Assembly: GCA_973895155.1 (NCBI GenBank)
Contig: OZ316895.1
Coordinates: 9,846,184-9,910,183, forward strand
Direction: 5' to 3'
DNA: 64,000 nt
From: Marsupella aquatica
Lineage: Eukaryota; Plantae; Marchantiophyta
The translations under genes and the position numbers were made by a program. This document shows positions 52,131-64,000 of this stretch, piece after piece (within the stretch, counting starts at the first letter, position 1; each line of letters opens with the position of its first letter). A model generated the notes under the pieces. The model was not told the origin of the DNA and searched no databases. It saw only the letters and a list, made by a program, of their open reading frames with translations.

Positions 52131-52486
52131 AGTAATGATCACTTCACAAATCATTACACCAGTCATGGAGAACGAAAGGGTTATACTGCATTTAAAGATG
52201 GTCTGTGACCAGAGGATCAGGAACACTAGGATTTACATCTTAAGTACCAAGTGACGCTTGGTCGCCTGCTCTTTTTATGTAAATGGAATGAAATGGTCGC
52301 CTTGGGCGGTGGTACAGCTGTGGTCAGTATTAAGAGGCTCAGTGCATCCAAGACTTTCGATCACGTCTGGCAGCACGCTTCAACCTGAGCGTAATACCCT
52401 AGTGCACAAGATGTGATTTAGATGTTACTTTGCTACCCTTAAATACAAGATCTCCCCTAGATCACTCAAACGTTCTTCGGTCACCG

Positions 52487-52576
52487 ACCCGTTTTGAGAT
52501 GCGTAAATGGACGGCGTAAATGGACGGTCAGCGAGTAGGTTCTCGCTGACCGTCCATTTACGCATCTCAAAAGGGT
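52487..52576. repeat. Near-perfect inverted repeat (hairpin)
   Basis: TTTTGAGATGCGTAAATGGACGG[CGTAAATGGACGG]TCAGCGAG-taggtt-CTCGCTGACCGTCCATTTACGCATCTCAAAA. Confidence 0.9.
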
Positions 52577-53146
52577 ATTCCAATCCTACTGTATATTAGA
52601 ATCTTTCGATAATAATATAACCCAGAGCTGAGAAAGAAAACATGGACACACGGAATACTCCCAGAAGTGGGATTCCAAACGGAGAAGGAAATCATCAAAG
52701 CAAGCCAAGTACATCTGGATCTTAGCCCCAACATCAACACCGGTCACGTGGCTAGCACAAAAATTAGGCAAACCATCAATTCAAGCCCTATTGAGATTCT
52801 CCTCTAGTTTAATGGCTATGGCACGGACTTCGCCATTCTCACTGACTAACCTTCAAGAGCATCATTGTGACTACCTCCATCGGGAAATGAGCCACCCTGC
52901 GCAGCCTACCGAACTATTTGGGTCCTCTTTTATCAATGACTTCCGGCCAACTATGGAAAAACCACTTCCGAGTATCAACTTAACACCCAGAGAACTGTTG
53001 GGATGATCTCGTGTGACCTCGAGCATTTCACGGCAGACAAGCTTTAGCCAACATCAACTTGCAATCTACAGCAGAGCCGTTTTCTATTAATCCGCAAGAC
53101 TTATATTCTCATCTGCAAAAATATTCTATGGTACAATTATTGTGCC

Positions 53147-56100
53147 TTAAATCCGAGAGAACTGCCGCTTGTCTTTCTCTGAACGCTGACCATAAGGGTT
53201 AGAAGCACTAAAACCATGGCCGCTACCTCTACCTTCTGGCTTCCCCTTCCCTCCTGTTCTACTCCCCTGCTTCCTAAACTTCGCTGCGCTGCTGTCCAGG
53301 TTTAAGTTGACCTTTGGTGGACAATGGAAGCCAAATGAAGCTGACACACTCTGATATATCAACACAAGGGCACCGGGGGTAAGATAATTGGGCATTGAGT
53401 GTTAAACAATGAAGAAAACAAAATGTTTGCGATGACTAGAAGACATGGATGGGATTCAAGACGAGAACCTGTAGATCCAAGCGATGGACATTGAATATAT
53501 CCTTCATTGCGTGTGAGTTGTAAGCCAGCAAATACGATCGATAAGCATCCCTGGCAGATTGATGCAAATAATAATTTTTTTCTACAAGTTTCTCCTGAGA
53601 CAAAAGTGATGAAAGTGAGTGAGGAAAAGGGCCGAGTTGACAAACACCATCTCGTCAATGAATGTCTTTCAGATGATAATTACTTCCTAAAGAAACAAAA
53701 ACATCTTTCTCCACAAAGGTTCATTATCAAAATCTAATAGAATCGTCATGAAAGACGACTTACGAAAATAGTAGTGGGTTAAAGCAAATGTCGGCTATTC
53801 AACATGAGAGACACATATTGGCGTAAAGGGTCGCACCAACTGAGACTGAACGTTGGCTATTTTGTTGGGAGGAAATTCATACTCATTGAGTGGAACCTTG
53901 GCACCCTGTACACGACATGACTCAAAGTCGGAAGTTATGTTCCACTCATACCAATGTTAAATCTTGAGCTAACACTGGCAAGAAAGAGAAAGAATAACAA
54001 AGATACCACAAGATCCCAACACCTCACCTTCAAATAACGAAGGAAGCCAAGTTCTTCGGGGATGAGAAATAAAAGTGCCCTACCCCGTGCACCTTCTCCT
54101 CTTGCTGTCCGACCCACTCTATGAATGTATTCCTGAAACGACAAAGGCAATGCGTAAGTTTCGATCAACAACGATTAGTATGAATAAAAAGAGATAACAA
54201 TGTTCTCATAAACCCTGGATAGATGTCCCTGGCCCATGCCAAAACCCTAAACAAGAAAGATGCGTCAGGAGTGCCATCAATCCGAATCAACAATCAGAAA
54301 AGCACATATTTTCACCTTGGGGTCATCAGGAGGGTCAAATTGAATGATCCAATCCTGGACAGGCAAAACAAAAAACTTGATTTAGAACAACCTCGGGGTA
54401 TCATTCTTCATGTTTCATTTAAAAAAAGTACTAAGGGTCCTCACAGTTCAATACATCATAGAAATATTCTCTTAGCATCCTAGAATCCATCTCACAGCCA
54501 GAATCAGCACTGTACCTCAAGAATTTTAAACCAACAATATTCTTGCTGCGGAAACTTATGTACGAAAGAGGCAGAAAAACCTACCACGGCTGGAATATCT
54601 AAACCTCGAGCAGCAACATCCGTGCAGAGGAGGATACCCTTCTCCGCATTGCAAAATTCGAAGTAAGTGGAGGATCGCTTTGCCTGCTTCTGCTTCCCAT
54701 GTATGTCCAGGCAAGGTATGTCGATGTAATTAAGTAGCTCGCCGTGAAACTTCACAGAGTTGCATGACGAGAAAAACACCATAACCTGAGACACCCCGAA
54801 GAAAATTGGATTGATTTACGACTGGACCCAAAATGACCGAGTATGAGCATGCCGGATCTTGCATCCACTCACACGATTCCATCAACTTGAGAAGAGCCAT
54901 TTCACTTGCTTCTGTCCTGCCAGAACTTCAAGAGGGATTTATTACCTTTTTCTTCAGATTCTTTTTCAAAAAAGTAAACAAGAGAAGGAAACGCTGCGCA
55001 CTTGACACCACACAGTACCCTTGTTCCAGTCCTTCAACAGTTGCCTGTACAGCATTGTCCCCGACTATGGTCAGCAATCAACCATTCCAGCCAAACGTTT
55101 CACTTTCGGAAAAGAATTTTCATCGGACCAAATCTACCAAAAATCGCATCTGGCATGAGTCCCCGTGCCACAAGAGCAACAGATGGCGTGACACAATTAC
55201 TCCAAAGATTGATTTAAACCTTAACGTTTGCCAAGACTCACACCTTTGATCTTGCATCGTCGACCCCGATGTACAATGGTGCTTTCTTGAATGTCACACG
55301 TGCTAAGTCTTCAACCTGCATGAGAAGAATTTTGATCAATGACATCAGCTCCCTTCACTTCCAGAAGGTCCTTTATCGGAAATGGACCCTGTCTATTGAG
55401 CAGTCACAAGTCAAACCTCAGCATCATGATAACCCACTGAAAGGTCTAATGAAAATGTTACGAACCGGGGAAAACTCCTAAAAAGATAGACCAAAGATAG
55501 CACCGACGGAGGCCATCAGCAGATAATTACAGTTGAGAAGTCACCTTTGTAGTCTGAGTAGCTGAAAAGAGAACTGTCTGGCGCTCCTGCAGGATTTCAG
55601 CAACGTCGTGTGAGATTTGATTACCTGACATATCAGAAATAAAGAACCAGGCAAGAGAGGATATGGACTTACTTTCGGTAGGAGCTTAATAATTTGCTTC
55701 ATTTCCTCCTCAAAACCTATCTCCAATATGCGATCGGCTTCATCTATTACCAAACACTGCCAAATACAACACACCCGATGTCAACAAGGCCGTGGGGAAG
55801 AAAAACAAGCACAACCAAATCCGGCTTGCAAAACTCAAATTCGCTTAACATCTTCCCGATCTGTGCCAGGATTAAGAGCACTAACGTAGCACAAAGTAGG
55901 CAGAAGCCAAAAGTACCACTGGCATACTAGGCTAATCGTGTGTTCACTTACTCTATGAACCAAATTATCAGAACAATTCGATAAATATCCAAGTTTGCAA
56001 ACCCTACTTTTCACAGTTTCTCAAACCCCGCTTCGAGGACGCGGATTATAACGTCAACCCGTTGCAAACTGAACAAGCTCAGAGGATCTGCACCTGCAAG

Positions 56101-57614
56101 TTTTTGTAGATAAATCCCTTGGTGTTTTGAAGATGATCAAGAAGGCGTCCAGGAGTAGCAACCACAAGGTTGACCCCTTTTCCTAACCTCTCAGCTTCAG
56201 TTCGTCGATTGGCTCCTCCCATGACTATTCCATGTGTTTGACTATGATACTTCATTAGATCTCTTGCAACACCGTATATCTGCCAGGAAAAAAGGTAAAT
56301 TTGATGACTAGAAGATAACATATTGAAGTGTCGTTGAAACAATTCCGATGTAATTACCAAATGCAAACCATGGTAACCGTGTGCCCATAAATTCACATCT
56401 CAGCGAATCAATAAACGGTACGTAACGGTGAATCAATAAACACAATTATACCTCTACTTCCCACTGATCTGCTCCACCGACTAAGCTTGTGAACAACATC
56501 ACATGAAATAAACAAATTCAATTTTTTGGGAAGAACAAATTTCGTGAAAATTGATGCCCATTGTATCTCAAAATGGCGATTCGAGTTGGCACAACCCCAT
56601 TCTAGTTTCGCATAGTGTGGACTTGCATTCAAAAGTTCGACACAGCAATAACTCGTTCCAAACATGATTGGAATCGACTTCAAGTACCGTCAAATGTGCA
56701 AATGTTTCGAAATAACTTTTAGGAACTGACCTGCATGGCGAGTTCCCGAGTGGGTGAGATGATGAGGACGCCTGTGCCATTGCGGGGCATAAACTTGCCA
56801 TGATAGAGTAACTCGATCGCAGGGACTAAAAAGGCGAGGGTTTTTCCCGATCCAGTCCTGGCAGCACCAAGAATATCTCGCCCGCTCAGTAACTGAGGTA
56901 TGGACCGAGCTTGAATCTGCACAACCGAGAAGATAACAAAATTAAAGTTCGACATTTAATCCACTATTGGCTCCTCCGCACAAATCCATTCCTCGGTATT
57001 CATCATTAGCCCGCAAGTGGCTGCAAAGCTGCTCGAGAACTCAACTTCGACAGTACTGGCCTACAGGATTCCCCAAATTCCGCTATCGTCCTATCCCAGG
57101 AACAGCTACTCTATGAAGCATAGATACACATACTCTCTACGGCAACACATAAGCGTAACAGCTATCGAACATGCCTGTGTACGGGTGATTATCAATTCAA
57201 TGGTTGTACCTCGGTCATGTGCGTGAATCCCGTGTCCTTAATGGCATTCTTCGTAGGCTCGGACACCGGCAGAGTGTCAAAAGCAGTGCTGCTCATGATT
57301 CCGGTGACAATGGCCGTTCCACCATCAAGTTTTTCAATCTCAAACTTGGTCTTCTTCGACTTCTTCCCTTCCTGTGCGGCCTCCTCGCCATTCTGTTGAT
57401 GCTCCTCGCCACCTTTCCGCTTCGTCCCTGCTACCTTCGGTTCTACTTCCTCCTCCTCCTCCTCTTCCTCGTTCTCCTCCACGACCTGATCAACAAGCTC
57501 GTCGGAGGCATTCAGACCCTCCTCCGCCTTCACTGGTCTTTTCTTCTTCTTTTTTCTCACGACGACCACATTCTCCGACGCGATGCTCTTTTGCAATCTT
57601 TCTCTCTTCCCCAT
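53147..57614 (-). CDS. HAS1: DEAD-box RNA helicase HAS1/DDX18 (plant RH27/RH51 type), ~13 exons
   Basis: MGKRERL start at 57614; GFTHMTE|[116 protein letters not shown]. Confidence 0.96.
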
Positions 57615-57804
57615 CGTCACTGAATCTACTTTGGCAGGTCTCCTGCTTTGGCCCTTGCAATTGTGCTTCTTGTTTCGAAGGCTGAGCGCCCTTGCCCCCT
57701 CTCGAGCGCAATCGTTCTTCTCCTTCGCGAGCACAATTGTTGTCCTCCTTCTCTAGCGCATTGTTGCTCTGCTCTACCGTAAGTCCTCTCTGCTTCTCGA
57801 CAAT

Positions 57805-57890
57805 TGCCCCTAAAACCCTAAAACCCTCATTGCTCCCAAAATTCTTTCTCCTGAGCGCTCTAGCCCGTCGGATCCCTGTTAGGGTTTCAA
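57805..57890. promoter_or_regulatory. Telo-box motifs near the HAS1 transcription start
   Basis: CCCTAAAACCCTAAAACCCT (~57808) and TTAGGGTTT (~57879). Telo-boxes are typical of plant ribosome-biogenesis genes. Confidence 0.55.
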
Positions 57891-57921
57891 AGCCCTCGAT
57901 ATCGGTCCTTTCAGGAAATGT

Positions 57922-58568
57922 AAGGGTCTGGTTCCATGACATCCTAGGTAAAGATGGCCCCCAGGTCGCAAGGCTCCTAGGCAATAGGGGGTGTCAAAGC
58001 ATGGTAGTAAGTAAGTTACGGCCCATGGACATGAAAAGGTTTTGTGGCCAGGACAAAAACCTTAGGGGCTACCTATATGCATCTCTCAAAAGGATTAGAC
58101 ATCCTAAAGGTCACAAGATCTTGCTTATGGCAATGCTTTGGCATGCCCTAATAAGACCGAGAATCAGACTGCACATGGAGTTGGCTAGTCTCCTTAGAGC
58201 ATCTGTACCCGTGCCCCGCATTGGCACTGGGCTGGCATACGATGCAAGGGTCTGGTTCCATGACATCCTAGGTGAGGGTGCCCCCAACCACAAGGCTCTC
58301 AGGCTCAGGCAATAGGGCGTGTCAAAACACGGCCGTTATATAATTACAGTGAAGGACATGAAACACTTTTATGGCCAGGGTAAAATGTTACAAGCTATCT
58401 AAATATGTGCCCCATAAGGATGGTATGTCCAAAAAGTTTCAGCCATATGCCTTATTGCAGTGCTCTGACATGCCCTAATGAGACTGCATGGAATGTTCAA
58501 AGTTGGCTAGGTTTCTTAGAGCATCAGTACCTGTGCCCCACATCTGCACAGTGCTGGCATATAATGCA
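57922..58568. repeat. ~324-bp tandem duplication, each unit containing a ~165-bp MITE
   Basis: AAGGGTCTGGTTCCATGACATCCTAGGT at 57922 and 58246. Each unit has TAGGG..GTCAAA...CATGCCCTA followed by GTTGGCTAG..CTTAGAGCATC.GTACC.GTGCCCC. Confidence 0.85.
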
Positions 58569-61436
58569 TTATTCCAGCCTATGCTAGATTTAGGGATTTA
58601 GCAATCTGCAAAGTTTTCCTAGATGGTGCTACTTTTCAGTTCCCTTTGCAAGTCAGCAAATCACATCTACCCTATGCTCACATTGGACTGCAGGTGCAAC
58701 ATTCCCTCATGTTCAAATGTGGGTTAGAGCCTTTTAGGGGTGCTTTTGTGAGGCCATGGTGTTGTACAAAAAGTCCATGTGGACCTGGGACCAACATTGG
58801 TTAAAGTTCAACTGGCAAACTTCTATCAGTGGCAGCACTGGCCTGCAAACCAGCGGGAATGCTCCCGTGTGGATGCTCTTAGAACATTCCCACCCAAAAT
58901 CCAAACAAGGCAGTCAGAAGTGTCTATAGAGGGATCAGCTTGTGCCCAGACCTGCACTTGTAATTCTCAGCTGCTTCACTACGCTATTTGTGGCCTCAAG
59001 AAGTGAGCCCAACTGCCATAGATAGAGGACAGTTGCAATTGAATTTCATGTATGACATCAGACCATCCCAAACCTTACTGGAAAACCATAAGGTAACTGG
59101 GTGTTGATAAAATGCAAAATGTTATGTCCAACTCATGTGCTCTATTGCTGTATGACTTTAAGACGTTAGGTTTTATACTTACTTGATTTGAATTTTGAAG
59201 ACAATATAAAATTTTGCCTTTCTAGTGGCTTGTTGCAAGATTTTTAAGTGTCATCTAGAGTGATGTAAAAGTGATTTTCTAGTGTGGAGAAAAATAATCC
59301 ACTAAGGGCTGGCTTTCATTTAACCCTAACTACTATGCATAGCAAACTTAGAAAAGAGTGCTGTCAGACAGGGTAATTACACCTTACAGCAACCAAACCC
59401 AGTAAACTATGAAGAAGTCTCAGACAATGGTAGCAAGTTGAGCTTTCCCGTCCAGCACGAATATATTTTTGAGGAATGGTTTGGGGTACTCTTGGGGATC
59501 CTGTTTGGCCGTTGCAATTACTTGGACACACAGCTGCCAGAACGGCTTGGTACTTTGTCCAATGGCATGCACCCATGGGAACAGCCTCCACGGGTGTCAA
59601 TAATCATCATCCAAGACTATTCCCTTTTATTGTTTTGAGAAAGGTTCATATACCATCGCCCTCAATATTATATAAACAGACACCCGACACATCCTTCACC
59701 CTATACTATAAGGTCATGCATTCACTCATACAAGGTTGTTGCCCAGTTCCTCATGTCCACATGTAGTTTTTAATTTCTCTTTACAAGTTATTCGGTGTCT
59801 CGTGACTGGGCCAGACATAGGGCCAGGATTCGGTCAGGGAAGACCACCTTTGCGGATGCACGACAGGACCTGGCCCGGGAATTTGGTGCATGGGAGGGCT
59901 TATGGCAAAATTCATGAAGACACACTTTAGGTTCAACCTGTTCCTCTGCGTCCTCCATGAATCAATGGATCCTTCGGGTTAAGCTGCACTACTGGTAGAC
60001 TGATTGTTTTTCTTTCACGGACCCACTGTTCAGTACCTCGCCGGTCCCTGTTCACTGGCCGGTCTTTGGGAGTGTGCTGCTCCTGTAGTAGTTTCCAAAT
60101 TTCTTGTTTGGCTGCCTTTTTTTGAGGCGCGGCTTCTTACTCGGTTCGGGCTTCACCGGCCCCGGCACCTTGACCTCTGGTCCTTCCGGGTGGTTGCCCT
60201 TTCGGGCTCCCCTTTCTGTATTCTGGCTTTTTGAATGGATTTCATTGAGTTTTTTGAGGGAAAAAAATAAAATTTATTCGGTCTTGGTGCAAAGCTGAGC
60301 ACGGCATACAGAACATAAATTTAAGCATTGTCAAAAAGGTCCAACAATAACTGAACACAACCAGAGACCAAAAGCATACAGTCTCCCATAAGAGGCTCAG
60401 TCTCCTCGTCTCCAATCAAAATATATGGCACAGACACACCCTCGTATTGCCTGGACACAATTTAGTAAATTTCTGCTACTAAAGTAACTGAATGCTCTCC
60501 CTATCCGGATAAAGATGTCCAAAATAAAAGCGCTCGCGCGAAGGCAGCCTTTGGGCCTTAATTTCCCACACCTGAGCGACCAGTACCTAAACACTTTCCT
60601 TCCTTTTGCTCTCTCTTTTCAGTCTCCTCGTCCCCACTTCGTCCCCACCCTCCTTCCCTCTTGTCTGTCCCCTCCGACAAAACGCTCCCACCCTGTTTGC
60701 GGCATCATTCTCCAGCTTTCCGGCATATTCCCGTACGCAAAGCGCCGCCGTTCCCGTCGTTTACCTGTCGGGTCCGGCCGCCAAACAAGATCCGTGCCCG
60801 AAGAAATACGGCAAGGCAGGAGACAAAGGCTCGAAGCGACCTGGAAGGAACCAACTGACGGAATGGCTGCGCGGCCGCAAGGGACAGGAGGCCACGCACC
60901 CCACAGCAAGGGCCAGCCAGCGCCAGTCAGCAGGCAGCGGCTTCGTTCCCATCCCTCCTCGCCTGGCCTCCTGCCCTGGCCCGGCCCGACATGGTCCTCC
61001 ACTACTCGTCCCAGCTTTCGTTCGTGCCTTGCCTTGCCTTTCCTTGCCTTTCCTTTGGAGCGCAAGCAAAGAGAAGCGCAAAGAGAAGCTGAGCTCGGAG
61101 AGGCTTACGTCGACGTGTGGTGTGGTGGCGAGCAAGGTGGCCAGGAGAGCAGATCAACATAGAAGAGGAAGAAGAGAGAGGGAGGAGAGAATGAGAGGGA
61201 AGAGCCAAGACAGGGGGTCGTTGTTTATTCGATTTACTACTACAACTACGAGGAGTGCTACGAAGTGATCGGTCGGGGACGGGACATTGGGTGCAGGGAC
61301 GAGGGAGGAGTCCAGGAGGCGGCATTGTGAGAGAGGTGGTGGATCGAGAGAGAGTGAGAGAGAGGAGAACGAGAGAGGGAGGGAGGGGAGAGGACGCTCG
61401 AGGGCGGGAGGAGAGAGGCGAGACAGACACTGAGCC

Positions 61437-63847
<2,411 letters not shown>

Positions 63848-64000
63848 GTAGGTAATTTTGGAATTTCCTTGAATTTCTTTTGATAACTCTCCCCACTGGT
63901 TTGTGATTCTACTTCTCATTCGGTCGCATTGCAAGAAAGTGACCACAACAGTATGCATGCGAGCGCTGTCCCTTACGTTGTCGTTGTGGGTTTACTGCAG

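Noticed and set aside
56920-57209. Intronic C/D snoRNA in HAS1 intron 1 (ATGATGA on the - strand near 57005)
   Set aside because: No downstream CTGA D-box or terminal stem before the acceptor.

Overview
Eukaryotic nuclear DNA from a land plant with GT-AG introns. The gene style and the single LCL-type REVEILLE suggest a bryophyte, probably a liverwort (inference). Protein genes: a 2-exon ~796-aa Lys-rich orphan with an internally duplicated domain; an intronless NAA15; a spliced 79-aa metallothionein missed by the ORF track; a multi-exon EMB8/ABHD alpha/beta-hydrolase; an RVE4/6/8-like clock MYB; a HAS1/DDX18 helicase; and, head-to-head with it, a p68/DBP2-like helicase that runs off the window. 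Also present: a processed PRP4 pseudogene, a probable F-box pseudogene, MITE/MULE, solo-LTR and SINE-like repeats, and tandem duplications. Most unusual signal (~12.6-13.9 kb): a decayed 25S/28S rDNA fragment begins essentially at the canonical R2 retrotransposon insertion site. Directly upstream is a decayed frame with motifs in the order of an R2-type zinc knuckle plus restriction-like endonuclease, suggesting a fossil rDNA-targeting R2-like element in a plant. All homology calls are by eye from recalled consensus sequences; no searches were run.
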